Shown here one piece after another: positions 28,716 through 39,009 of a stretch of 64,000 bases of DNA. The position numbers and the translations under genes are program-made. Source of the DNA: Promethearchaeota archaeon (lineage in GTDB: Archaea > Asgardarchaeota > Lokiarchaeia > Sigyniarchaeales > SOKP01); contig JBHLLU010000020.1 in assembly GCA_048938895.1 (NCBI GenBank), forward strand, positions 1,082 to 65,081. The letters are read 5' to 3'. Within the stretch, counting starts at the first letter, position 1, and every line of letters starts with the position of its first letter. The notes beneath the pieces are model-generated. The model was not told the origin of the DNA. It made no database searches and saw only the letters and a list, made by a program, of their open reading frames with translations.

Positions 28716-29166
28716 TTAAAACGGGTAAAAACCCTTTTGGATATCATTATTGATTTCCTCGGTTAAAATTGGATATTCAGTATTATTTGGTAATAAAACA
28801 TATATAGGATCTTCAATAATATCAATTCTGAATTCCTCCTTTTTTAAATCTACTTTTAGTCATCAGAAGTACAATATCATCTCCTTTTCTTAATCCTAAG
28901 GAATAAAAATAGTTGGCATATTGGTTTACTATTTCATTAAACTCCTTATAAGTCCAAGATAAATCTTCAAATTTAACAGCAACTTTATCTGCAAAATCCT
29001 TAGCATTTATCTCTACTAGAGCGCCTCATGAAAGCTTATCTTCTGCGAAAACAGTTAAAAATTCGATAATTATCTTTTCACATTTCTTAGTTACTTTTTC
29101 TAATCTTTTTGTAAATTCCTCTTCATCAATTAAATCCGACTCTTCTAATTTTTGTTCATCTATCAT
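28716..29166 (-). pseudogene. Relic of an FATP/very-long-chain acyl-CoA synthetase with an in-frame TGA and a large internal deletion
   Basis: N-terminal part ...DKLS*GALVEINAKDFADKVAVKFEDLSWTYKEFNEIVNQYANYFYSLGLRKGDDIVLLM joined out of frame near 28860 to C-terminal LKVDLKKEEFRIDIIEDPIYVLLPNNTEYPILTEEINNDIQKGFYPF*. Confidence 0.8.
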
Positions 29167-29330
29167 ATCCTTTTACATCTTCCCATGGCACATTCTAACC
29201 AATATATTAAATCGACAATATTTTAAATTTTATAAAATTGACTGATAAAATTAAAAAAATAGAAGTTTAAAAATTAAAAATTCTCAATATAAATTTCTTA
29301 CTTTCTCGCTTGTGGAGTATTTACTTCTTC

Positions 29331-30371
29331 TTATATTTCAGGACCTTCTGCACCTTCTCGGAACCAAGTTACTGGTCTGAATTCACGCGGTACAACTCCT
29401 TCTTGCTTAAACTTGGGATAACCGAGACATAGTGAACTGGCACAAGTCCATGGTTTTTCAATACCTAATTTTTTCTTTATTGGTTGGAAAAAATTAACAC
29501 CAGCAGCTATAAAGCCGTTCCAACAAGCTTTAATTCCGAGTGAATTTGCTACTAAATTCATATTCTGGCCACATATCCCGATATTTAATTCCGGACTCCC
29601 TATAGATCTATCGTCTGCGAGTAGAAGTATTACAGCAGGAGCATCCATTGTAGGATCAAGTTCTTTATGTTTAGCAATTGTACCAAATCCTCCCAACATA
29701 ACCCGAGGATCATACGCTGATACATTGAGAGGGGGACCCTCAACCATAGATGCTAAACCTTTTACTGATGTATCGTTCATATACATGTTATATAAATTAG
29801 TGAGTAGATTTTTAGTTACATTGTTAATCTCGGCAAGTAATGCTTTATCAGTGATAACAATGAATCTCCAAGGTTGACAATTTCCCGCACTTGGAGCAAA
29901 TCTACCTGCTTCCAGAACTCTCTGAATTATTGTTTCTGGTATAGGCTTATCTTTAAAATTCCTTACACTTCTACGAGTAAAAACAGCATTCTCAATTTCG
30001 TTCCATTCTGTAGGATTCCCTTCATCATCTTTAGCTTCCATAGGTATTTTAGCAGGTAAAGGGTGTGGTTCAGTTTTCCAAAAACCCTCATCTACATGAT
30101 ATGAATCAATAATCATCATTGCATCATTTGGACATGCGACTTTACAATTATAGCAACTAAAACATGCATATTCCTCTTTCATTACTGGAAATCCCTCTTC
30201 ACTTTTTTCCCAGCATCGAAAAGGGCAGTTCTGCATGCATAATTCACATTTATTACATTTTTCCTCATCCACTTTCATAACACCCATATGAATATCATCC
30301 ATATTAGGGCGTAATATATCTTTTACTTCTTCCCAAGGCATAATTAATTTAATCTCCTTACAATTGCTCAT
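29331..30371 (-). CDS. Ferredoxin-fused nitroreductase family protein
   Basis: CNKCELCMQNCP and CFSCYNCKVACP; RRSVRNFK, APSAGNCQPW, LGYP. Confidence 0.92.
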   Translation of the reverse strand: MSNCKEIKLIMPWEEVKDILRPNMDDIHMGVMKVDEEKCNKCELCMQNCPFRCWEKSEEGFPVMKEEYACFSCYNCKVACPNDAMMIIDSYHVDEGFWKTEPHPLPAKIPMEAKDDEGNPTEWNEIENAVFTRRSVRNFKDKPIPETIIQRVLEAGRFAPSAGNCQPWRFIVITDKALLAEINNVTKNLLTNLYNMYMNDTSVKGLASMVEGPPLNVSAYDPRVMLGGFGTIAKHKELDPTMDAPAVILLLADDRSIGSPELNIGICGQNMNLVANSLGIKACWNGFIAAGVNFFQPIKKKLGIEKPWTCASSLCLGYPKFKQEGVVPREFRPVTWFREGAEGPEI

Positions 30372-30578
30372 TGAGTTATTAAATATTAAAACAACAATCT
30401 ATTAAACATTATAGAATTTATCAGTGATAGTATAATTCATCTCAAATAAAAAGAATATTCGAATCAAATCTGGATTATAAAAAAGAAAAAATAAATTGAT
30501 TCAGTTAGTACTTAAATAGCTTAAATCAACAATTTATTATTCTTTAGACTATTCTAAATAATTACAAAATTGACTTGA

Positions 30579-32288
30579 ATGAATATGTCTGACTTTGCAA
30601 TATTAGGTAAGAAATTACAAGAAAAGTATAATATTACTCCTACCACTTCATTTGCCGATTTAGTAAAGACTAAAGCAAAAATTAGCGGTGATAAAGTTTT
30701 TCTGACATTTATTAGAGACTTTGATAAAGGAATCGATGAAACCTATACATATCGCGACATGCATTTACAATCAAACCGAGTTGCCAATGCTCTATTGAAT
30801 GCAGGATTAAATCGAGGAGATGGGATTTCTCTGTATCAAATCAACAGTCCTGAATTTCTTTTTGTATTATTTGGAGCATGGAAAATTGGGATTTATGTAA
30901 CCCTTGTGAATACGGGTTTAAAGGGAGAGGGATTGCAATTTATTATTGATCATAGTGATAGTAAAGCGATAGTAACTCATTGGACCTTGATAGAAAATGT
31001 TCAAAACATTAAGGATCAATTGCCAAAAGCTAAACATATTATAGTCGATATCAATGAAGCTCCTGATGATTATAAATTACCTGAAGGAACTGTATCTCTT
31101 CAGAAATTTATGGATACCTCTGATGCAGAAATTAATGTGAAATTAAGTCCAAACGATATGGCTACTCTAATTTATACATCTGGAACAACAGGACTTCCAA
31201 AAGCTACAACATTTTTCCATAGGGGTATGTATGGGCTTGCTTTCATTGGAGTAATGATATGGGCTAGTAATATAGCACGCCCTGGTTTCAAACTATATAC
31301 TTGTTTGCCTTTATTTCATGGAAATGCGCTTCAGTTATGCACTATGCCTGGTTATTATGGTGAAGTGCCTGTTGTGTTATCTAAAAGATTTTCAGCTTCA
31401 AGACTTTGGGATATTGTGCGAAAATATGAAGTAACTACATTTAATGTTTTGGGCTCAATGCCTCAATATCTTATGAAACAACCACCTCGTCCAAATGATA
31501 GAGACCACAAAGTCGAGTTTATTGGTTCTGCTGCAGCTCCAAAAGAATTAGTAAGAGATTTTGAGGAAAGGTTCGGCGTAAAATTATGGGAAGGGTATGG
31601 TGCTGTGGATGGAGGAGGCTTTAGTTTAGGGGCTCAAGGTGATCCAGATGCACCGGTAGGTTCTATGGGAAGACCGCCGCCTGGAGTCGTTGCAGAAATA
31701 ATGGACGACGATCTAAATATTTTGGGACCAGATAGCGTTGGAGAACTTGTTTTTCTTGTCAAACCAGAAGAAAAAGAACAGAGAAAGGTGAGTTATTATA
31801 AGAATCCAGAAGCATCGGCAGCAAGAATCCAGACTGCTCCAGATGGTAGAATGTGGTTTCTTACAGGGGATCTATCTACTAAGGACGAGAACGGCTGGTT
31901 CTTTTTTGTGGATCGTAAGAAAGACTCAATTCGGCGCCGTGGAGAAAATATAGCTGCGTGGTCTATTGAACGGGCAATCAACCTGCACAAGAAAGTGCTC
32001 GAATCTGCCGCATATGGTATTAAAGGACACCAAGTAGGAGAAGATTATGCTGAAGATGAAGTAATGGTTGCTGTAGTACTACAGCCTAATCAGACCATGG
32101 AAGCTGAAGAATTATTGGATTATCTTCAAGATAAGCTAGCTTATTTTCAAATTCCTCGCTTTATTGACTTTGTTGAAGAACTTCCAAAGAGTAAAGTTCA
32201 TAGGATAATGAAAAGATTTCTTAAAGAACGTGGAGTTACTGAATCAACCTACGACAGAGAAAAGGCTGGTTATGAGGTAAAAAGATAA
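30579..32288 (+). CDS. CaiC-like ATP-dependent acyl-CoA ligase (probable start ATG 30585)
   Basis: YTSGTTGLPK, LPLFHGNA, RFSASR.WD, TGD, DRKKDSIRRRGENI. Confidence 0.92.
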   Translation: MNMSDFAILGKKLQEKYNITPTTSFADLVKTKAKISGDKVFLTFIRDFDKGIDETYTYRDMHLQSNRVANALLNAGLNRGDGISLYQINSPEFLFVLFGAWKIGIYVTLVNTGLKGEGLQFIIDHSDSKAIVTHWTLIENVQNIKDQLPKAKHIIVDINEAPDDYKLPEGTVSLQKFMDTSDAEINVKLSPNDMATLIYTSGTTGLPKATTFFHRGMYGLAFIGVMIWASNIARPGFKLYTCLPLFHGNALQLCTMPGYYGEVPVVLSKRFSASRLWDIVRKYEVTTFNVLGSMPQYLMKQPPRPNDRDHKVEFIGSAAAPKELVRDFEERFGVKLWEGYGAVDGGGFSLGAQGDPDAPVGSMGRPPPGVVAEIMDDDLNILGPDSVGELVFLVKPEEKEQRKVSYYKNPEASAARIQTAPDGRMWFLTGDLSTKDENGWFFFVDRKKDSIRRRGENIAAWSIERAINLHKKVLESAAYGIKGHQVGEDYAEDEVMVAVVLQPNQTMEAEELLDYLQDKLAYFQIPRFIDFVEELPKSKVHRIMKRFLKERGVTESTYDREKAGYEVKR

Positions 32289-32367
32289 ATTTTTATGCTT
32301 TCTATTTTTATTATTTTTTTATTTAATGGACTGTAATAAGTCTAAAAGAATGAAATTAAAAGCTTAA

Positions 32368-34044
32368 GTGGGTATTGAATTGTCTGATTTTAAAATAACA
32401 GCTACAACAATATTTAATGATGTTGTGAAAAATAAAGCTAAAACTGTAGGAGACAAGGTTTTTTTAACATATATTCGAGATTTTGATGAAGGAATTGATG
32501 AGAAATATACTTATCGAGACATGCATCTATATTCAAATCGAATGGCAAATGGTTTATCACAGTTTGGATTGAAATCTGGTGTCGGACTTTCGTTAATGGA
32601 AATTAATTCTCCTGAATTTCTTTTCACTCTTTTTGGAACATGGAAACTCGGGGGATATGCGGTGTTAATAAATACTGCCCTAAAAGGAGTCACATTACAA
32701 TATATTATTGATCACAGCGATTCTGAAATTTTAGTCATACATTGGAGTATGATCGATGCATATTCGGAAATCAAAGAAGATTTACCAAAAATTAAAACTG
32801 TAATAGTAGATATTAATGAAGCTCCTACAGATTTTGAGCTGCCAGAGGGAATGATAACTCTTCAAGAAGTAATGGAATCATCTGATACGGATATTAAGGC
32901 TGAAATTGATTTTGAAGAAAAATGTTACCTTATGTATACTTCAGGAACTACAGGACCACCAAAGGCTACTACGTTCTTCTATAAAAAAACTATTGCTGGT
33001 AATGCTTTACAAACAGCCTCTGGTTTAATTAGACTATTCTTGGGTGGTGAAGATAATGTATTGTTCACATGTTTGCCCTTATTCCATGGTAACGCGTTGC
33101 AAATTACAACTCTTCCTGGATATTTTACAGAAACACCAGTTGTTCTTTCTAAAAGATTTAGTGCCAGCCGACACTGGGATATCTGCAGAAAATATAATGT
33201 TACCTCCTTCAATTTATTAGGTGCCATGCCCCAGTTTTTATTAAAGCAACCTGAACTTCCTAATGATGTTGAAAATAATGTTAAATTAATTGTTTCAGCA
33301 GCTTGTCCTAAAGAATTAGTAATCCCTTTTGAAAAACGTTTTAACGTTGAGATAAAGGAATTTTATGGTGCGGTAGATGGTGGTGGTTATATACTTGGAC
33401 CTTTTTTCCAGAAAAATGTTCCTGTTGGCTCAATGGGGAAACCTTTAGGTGGTACAAGAGCAGATATCTTGGATGAGGAGGGAAATTTGTTAGATCCTAA
33501 TGAAATAGGAGAATTAGTCTTTCTGGTAAACAAAGGAGAACTAGAGATGCGGAAAGTCACATATTATAAAGATGAAGATTCTACAAAATCAAAAATCCGT
33601 GAAGCTAAGGATGGAAATTTATGGTTCCATACAGGAGATCTGGCTACGAAGGATGAGAATGGGTGGTTTTATTTCGTAGATAGGAAAAAAGATTCAATCC
33701 GACGTAGGGGTGAAAATATTTCACCTTGGTCAATTGAACGAGTAATAAACCAGCATGAAAAAGTCTTAGAATCTGCCGCTTACGCTGTCCAACCTGAAGG
33801 TGTAGTAGAAGATGAAGTTATGGTATCAATTGTACTGAAACCGGGTGAATCAATGACACCAGAAGAGCTACTTGATTATTGTCAAGGTAAAATGGCATAT
33901 TTCGAAATTCCTAGATTTATTGACTTTATTGAATCTCTGCCAAAAAGCGAAGTCCACAGAACATTAAAACAAGTTTTAAAAGAAGCTGGAATAACAGAAA
34001 CGACATATGATCGAGAAAAAGCAGAGTATGAAATTAGAAAATAA
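32368..34044 (+). CDS. CaiC-like acyl-CoA ligase, tandem paralog (probable start TTG 32380)
   Basis: YTSGTTGPPK, LPLFHGNA, WFHTGD, DRKKDSIRRRGENI. Confidence 0.92.
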   Translation: MGIELSDFKITATTIFNDVVKNKAKTVGDKVFLTYIRDFDEGIDEKYTYRDMHLYSNRMANGLSQFGLKSGVGLSLMEINSPEFLFTLFGTWKLGGYAVLINTALKGVTLQYIIDHSDSEILVIHWSMIDAYSEIKEDLPKIKTVIVDINEAPTDFELPEGMITLQEVMESSDTDIKAEIDFEEKCYLMYTSGTTGPPKATTFFYKKTIAGNALQTASGLIRLFLGGEDNVLFTCLPLFHGNALQITTLPGYFTETPVVLSKRFSASRHWDICRKYNVTSFNLLGAMPQFLLKQPELPNDVENNVKLIVSAACPKELVIPFEKRFNVEIKEFYGAVDGGGYILGPFFQKNVPVGSMGKPLGGTRADILDEEGNLLDPNEIGELVFLVNKGELEMRKVTYYKDEDSTKSKIREAKDGNLWFHTGDLATKDENGWFYFVDRKKDSIRRRGENISPWSIERVINQHEKVLESAAYAVQPEGVVEDEVMVSIVLKPGESMTPEELLDYCQGKMAYFEIPRFIDFIESLPKSEVHRTLKQVLKEAGITETTYDREKAEYEIRK

Positions 34045-34095
34045 ACTTTAATCTTTTCTTTATTGTTTTGAAATATTTTTCGATTAATTTCTTCT

Positions 34096-35556
34096 TTACT
34101 CCTTTAGCTTTACCTTAAAAAGTTGAAGGAAGATGAGAGACACGATATAGAATAATCCCATTGAGGCTAAACCAAACGTGAGAATGATTGGATTTAGAGA
34201 ATTCTCACCTTGATATAGGAACCCATACAATGTTGAGGAAAGTGCTGCTAAAATATTCGTGGAAAACATAAATAGTCCCATATATGCTCCGGAAAGCATT
34301 GTTACAGCTTGATTTTTATCCATTGGTTTATTTCCACTTTTTGCGATATGCATTTCAGCAGCTCTGTCAACTAATTCGTTCATTATAGGTGAACTGAATA
34401 TTCCTGTTGCATACATACTTCCTAAAACCGTACCAAATGATAGAATGAATAAGATTAATCCAGCAACTATATTCAATTCCAATAGAAAAAACAATTCGAA
34501 AAATGTAGCGATTATTATGATTGTTACGTTCCATTTATACGTTCTAAGAATTTTAGCTTGCCTTTTCATTATATATCTCCAAATGTACAACCATACGAAT
34601 TTTGTTGATATACTAATTACAATATAGATGATATAAAGAATTCCAACTTCATCAGTAGCCAAACTCCTTCCCAAAACATGCGCAATAAACGGGATAATTG
34701 TAAAAACAAGAGCAAATTGACTTACTTGACCAAATACCCCTGCGCTCATTAGTTTCATATATTCTTTATCTCTTGCGGGGATGAAGAGCTGTTTAAATGC
34801 ATTTCTTAATGAACGTCTTTTAAAATTTGGAGAGTTCAGATGGAAGCTCTCATCAATAGAGAAAAACGATATTAAGATGAGAATGGCAGAAAATGCTCCG
34901 AAGGTCATTGAAATTGGAGGCATTACGTTTCTAATAAACCTTCCGCTATCAGTCCAATACCTTGGATATGTAGGGTCTTCAAGAACACTCTGAAGTATAT
35001 TAGGAAAAGCAATACTTATAATTGAGGCAAAAATCCTCAAGTTTGCACCTATTACCGCAGCTTTTTTTCTATTTTCTAATGTTTGAGAAATTTCAGGAAG
35101 AACTGAACTGAATACCATCATCATTAATCCACCAAATACACCTTTTAATAGACTCAATATCCAGAACCATATTGCGGTCGGCCAAAACAGAACAGTACTT
35201 GCTACTGCTTCTGCTTGAGGTGGTATCCAAGGAGGTAAATAAACTAAAATTGTAGCTATAAGCCAAATAGGTAATCCAATAAGAATATACGGTCTTCTTT
35301 TACCGATTCTTCTGGGAGTAGTATTATCCAGTAATACCCCAAAAATAATACCCGAAAATGCCGTTGTTAGCATATATATTGTAGTCCCTATCGAGACTAG
35401 AATTGAATCTATCCTGATCGTATAAACATAGAAATTATATGAATAGGAATCAGTTAAGAATAACAACAACATAATCCCAAAATTTCCTAAAGAGTAACCA
35501 ATCAATCTTGCTCCTTTTAATTCCCTTAATGAAGAAAATTTGCTTGAATTTTCCAT
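34096..35556 (-). CDS. MFS transporter, GPH/MelB-like family
   Basis: GYSLGNFG, D.T..RIGKRRPYILIG, about 12 hydrophobic segments. Confidence 0.85.
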   Translation of the reverse strand: MENSSKFSSLRELKGARLIGYSLGNFGIMLLLFLTDSYSYNFYVYTIRIDSILVSIGTTIYMLTTAFSGIIFGVLLDNTTPRRIGKRRPYILIGLPIWLIATILVYLPPWIPPQAEAVASTVLFWPTAIWFWILSLLKGVFGGLMMMVFSSVLPEISQTLENRKKAAVIGANLRIFASIISIAFPNILQSVLEDPTYPRYWTDSGRFIRNVMPPISMTFGAFSAILILISFFSIDESFHLNSPNFKRRSLRNAFKQLFIPARDKEYMKLMSAGVFGQVSQFALVFTIIPFIAHVLGRSLATDEVGILYIIYIVISISTKFVWLYIWRYIMKRQAKILRTYKWNVTIIIIATFFELFFLLELNIVAGLILFILSFGTVLGSMYATGIFSSPIMNELVDRAAEMHIAKSGNKPMDKNQAVTMLSGAYMGLFMFSTNILAALSSTLYGFLYQGENSLNPIILTFGLASMGLFYIVSLIFLQLFKVKLKE

Positions 35557-35705
35557 TAGTCAATCAGTGAAATATTTTGGGGGAAATATTTAGACAATAA
35601 TAATTCGCAATTATTAAATATATATCTTAAATTGTTCCTCAACCTTTTTTTCATGTTCAAGCAGAATTAGTAAAATAAAAAATCAGGTAAAAATTTTGAT
35701 TATTT

Positions 35706-36929
35706 ATGACTTTACCATTAGAGAATATTACAATTTTGGATTTATCAAGAATGCTTCCTGGTCCATATTGTACAATGATCTTGTCAGATCTCGGGGCAAA
35801 TGTCATTCGTGTAGAGAATCCGGGCGATCCTATGAGCAACCTCCCTCCCTTTTTCCAGAAGGGAGGATACAGCGAAAGTGCATTTAATGCAGTGCTTATG
35901 AGAAATAAAAAATCAATCACTATAAATTTAAAATCTGAAGCAGGAAAAAAAATATTTTATGAATTGGTTAAGAGAGCAGACGTGGTGATGGATACTTTTC
36001 GACCGAAAGTTATGGAACGATTAGAAATCGATTATAAGACTTTATCCTCCATAAATCCATCAATAATATGCTGTTCTATGACAGGTTATGGACAGGATGG
36101 ACCTTACGAACAGATTGCCGGGCATGATATTAATTACATTGCTGTCGCGGGAGTTTTAGATGCAACAAGAGAAAGATATGAACTGGGTAAAGATGATATA
36201 GAACGAAGACCAATACCACCTGGTGTATCAGTGGGAGATATAGGTGGAGCATTGGTTTCTGTTATTGGGATACTTGGAGCTCTATTTGAAAGAGATCATA
36301 ATCCAGAAAAAAAGGGGCAATATATTGATATTTCTATGACAGATTCTGTTTTCTTTTTCAATCCCTTGGCTGCAGCAGCTAAGTTTGTAAGAGATTTAAG
36401 GGAGGAATCGGAAGAATCAGTAAAAAGAGCAAAAACAGGTGGTGGATCACCCTACTATTATGCATATAAAACTAAAGATGAGCGATATATTGCTGTTGGT
36501 GCTATGGAACCTAAATTTTGGCAAGGTTTATGTGATGGATTAAATCGACCAGATTTAAAATCAAAGATGTGGGTTCAGGGAGAAGAAAAAGAAAAGGTTT
36601 TCAAAGAATTAGAGACTGAATTTTCTAAGAAAACTTCAGAAGAATGGTTTGAAGTTTTTAAAAATTATGATACATGCATATCTCTAGTTCAGAATTATTT
36701 TGAAGCATGTGAAGATCCTCAAATTAAAGCTCGTAACATGATTGTTACAATGGAACACCCTATTTTTGGAGAAATTCAGAATTTAGCTTCACCTATAAAA
36801 ATGTCAAGAACCCCTCCTACAATAAGAAGTTTAGCTCCTAAAACAGGTCAACACACAGAAGAAATCTTAAAATCTCTTAATTATTCTGAGGATCAAATTC
36901 AAAATTTAAAAAAAAATAAAATAATTTAG
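35706..36929 (+). CDS. CaiB/BaiF family III CoA-transferase fold, alpha-methylacyl-CoA racemase-like
   Basis: LDLSRMLPGPYC, RNKKSITINLK, FRPKVMERL, TGYGQDGP, AGHDINY and VGDIGG (racemase-type His/Asp pair). Confidence 0.88.
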   Translation: MTLPLENITILDLSRMLPGPYCTMILSDLGANVIRVENPGDPMSNLPPFFQKGGYSESAFNAVLMRNKKSITINLKSEAGKKIFYELVKRADVVMDTFRPKVMERLEIDYKTLSSINPSIICCSMTGYGQDGPYEQIAGHDINYIAVAGVLDATRERYELGKDDIERRPIPPGVSVGDIGGALVSVIGILGALFERDHNPEKKGQYIDISMTDSVFFFNPLAAAAKFVRDLREESEESVKRAKTGGGSPYYYAYKTKDERYIAVGAMEPKFWQGLCDGLNRPDLKSKMWVQGEEKEKVFKELETEFSKKTSEEWFEVFKNYDTCISLVQNYFEACEDPQIKARNMIVTMEHPIFGEIQNLASPIKMSRTPPTIRSLAPKTGQHTEEILKSLNYSEDQIQNLKKNKII

Positions 36930-36934
36930 AAATA

Positions 36935-37807
36935 TTATTCCTTTTCCAATTCTTCAAACATTGAGAAAGGATTCTCTTCTTGTTCTTCAAGAAGCGTATT
37001 TCTATTGGCCTCTACTTCACGAGATTGCCCTTCGGTGCTTAAAAACATATTCATTCTTGCTTTAGAAGTAGGTAAAGCAACAGCCCTCCCAAATAAATAT
37101 TGCTCTTCCAAAAGTGCTTCTTCAAGAGGTAAATCTACTCCTGCTAATACAGATTGTTTTGCTATGGCAATTGATTCAGCAGGAAATGATGCAATCCTAT
37201 AAGCTAAATTTTCAACATAAAGAGTTAATTTCTCTGGAGGAAGTGCACGATTAATTAAACCATAAAGTTCAGCTACTTCAGCAGGAAAATCATGTCCCCC
37301 AACTACAACTTCCATTGCTCTTCTTCGACCAATTTCACGGGGGATCCTAATTGTTCCTCCACCTCCAGGTATAATACCTACCCCTATTTCGGGTTGAGCA
37401 AATACAGCTTTTTCCTTTTCCCCAAAAATCATATCGAAGCTTTGAATGAACTCAAATCCTCCACCACGTACCACACCTTCAACTTTCGCAATTGAAATTT
37501 TAGGCATAGTACGATATGCTTCATTAAGTGCATGCACGGTACCTTCAATACTTGTCTTTTTTGGTGCTGCCTCGTCAGGCATTACCACTAATCCTTGAAC
37601 GTCAAAATGAGCAATAAAGAAATCCGGATCAGCGCTGTCAAATACGATCACCCTAACATTATCATCATTCCTAACAGTAGTTGCAAGCATGCCAAATTCC
37701 ATTATCATTTGCATATTTAAGAGATTCATAGGAGGATTATCAATAGTAGCAAAAAGTACTCCTCTGTCAATTCTTATTTTAAACAATTTAAAACCATTAT
37801 AACTCAT
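36935..37807 (-). CDS. Enoyl-CoA hydratase/isomerase family protein
   Basis: IDNPPMNL, FIAHFD, GGGFEF, QPEIGVGIIPGGGG. Confidence 0.9.
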   Translation of the reverse strand: MSYNGFKLFKIRIDRGVLFATIDNPPMNLLNMQMIMEFGMLATTVRNDDNVRVIVFDSADPDFFIAHFDVQGLVVMPDEAAPKKTSIEGTVHALNEAYRTMPKISIAKVEGVVRGGGFEFIQSFDMIFGEKEKAVFAQPEIGVGIIPGGGGTIRIPREIGRRRAMEVVVGGHDFPAEVAELYGLINRALPPEKLTLYVENLAYRIASFPAESIAIAKQSVLAGVDLPLEEALLEEQYLFGRAVALPTSKARMNMFLSTEGQSREVEANRNTLLEEQEENPFSMFEELEKE

Positions 37808-37926
37808 ATCTATTACTCCTTTTATGATCTAAAGACCACATATTCTTTAACTATTCATAAAGATACTTATTTTATGAACTTATTTTAGCTAAAAGAATAT
37901 TTAATTATTGCATTATAAGAAAAAAA

Positions 37927-38790
37927 TTAGAATATTTTACCTAGGATTTTTTCCATTTCTTCTAATCTTCGTTTTGGACCTAATTCTGATTCTCTTGTTT
38001 GTAACCCTGAAGCAAGAGCTTCATTCATTCTCCCTTTTGAATCTATTGAGGCTGCTGCTATGGCAAATAAATGACCTTCCTCAAGTAGTCCATCCTTTCT
38101 AGGCATCTCTTCAGCTACAACAACTGAACGTTTAACAAGTGCAATTGTCTCAGCAGAAACATATGCAATACTATTGGCTAGGATTTCTACAAACTGACCA
38201 ATTTTGTCTGCGGGTAATGCTCTATTAATCCATCCATAGCGTTCGGCCATTTCAGCTGAAAAGGGCATAAGGCCCAGCATTGCTTCTAACGCTCTAGATC
38301 TTCCCATCAATCGTGTTAGCCAGTGTGTTCCGCCCCCGCCAGCGATAATACCTACTGCAGCTTCAGTCTGAGAAAATACTGCTTTGCCTATAGCACCAAA
38401 TCTCATATCCATAGACAATGCAAATTCATTTCCCCCACCACCTACAATTCCCTCAATTTTTGCTATTGTAACTTTTGGTAACGTCCGAAATTCCATGAAA
38501 TATTTTTTCCACCCTTGTAAATCTGTAGCTGGTGGTGCAGGTTCTTCTGGAAAATCAGTTAAAGCGGTTACATCAAAATGCGAGATAAAAATATCCGGAT
38601 CAGCACTTTGAAAGACTATGACTTTCACATCATCATCTTCTTTAACTTGAGTGAAAAATCGTTCCATATCCACCAAAAAATCCATATTAATCAAATTTAC
38701 AGGAGGATTATCAATTGTAACCCATGCAATTGCATTTTTAACTTCAATTTTGAAAACTTTATAATCTTTATATTCCATTTTCTGCTTCAT
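37927..38790 (-). CDS. Enoyl-CoA hydratase/isomerase family protein (tandem paralog)
   Basis: IDNPPVNL, FISHFD, GGGNEF, QTEAAVGIIAGGGG. Confidence 0.9.
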   Translation of the reverse strand: MKQKMEYKDYKVFKIEVKNAIAWVTIDNPPVNLINMDFLVDMERFFTQVKEDDDVKVIVFQSADPDIFISHFDVTALTDFPEEPAPPATDLQGWKKYFMEFRTLPKVTIAKIEGIVGGGGNEFALSMDMRFGAIGKAVFSQTEAAVGIIAGGGGTHWLTRLMGRSRALEAMLGLMPFSAEMAERYGWINRALPADKIGQFVEILANSIAYVSAETIALVKRSVVVAEEMPRKDGLLEEGHLFAIAAASIDSKGRMNEALASGLQTRESELGPKRRLEEMEKILGKIF

Positions 38791-38838
38791 AATTTTTTTA
38801 ATTGTAATAATATTTCTGACCTATTATTAAATAAAAAG

Positions 38839-38970
38839 TTATTTTTTCTCAAGGTTTTCATTGAGTTTTTTAACCGATTTTGAAACTTCCAGTTCTCCTT
38901 CCCTTGTTTGCCCACCTATTTCGAGGAATAAGCTCATTCTTTCTTTAGTAGCAGCTAAAGAAAATAAATA
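38839..38970 (-). pseudogene. 3' relic of a third crotonase paralog
   Basis: Translates YLFSLAATKERMSLFLEIGGQTREGELEVSKSVKKLNENLEKK*, matching the neighbours' C-termini (KARMNMFLSTEGQSREVE; KGRMNEALASGLQTRESEL). Confidence 0.75.
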
Positions 38971-39009
38971 ATAAGAAAAAAGAATAACAGAACATTAAGT
39001 AAAGAAAGC

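Noticed and set aside
29026-29028. In-frame TGA as possible selenocysteine or recoding
   Set aside because: It falls at a probable Trp position in a gene that is also frameshifted and internally deleted. TGA is used as a normal stop elsewhere in the window, and no convincing SECIS was seen.
29298-29333. Ten coding-like codons (EEVNTPQARK) after the nitroreductase TAA, suggesting readthrough
   Set aside because: More simply a recent nonsense change trimming a dispensable tail, or chance; no recoding signal is visible.
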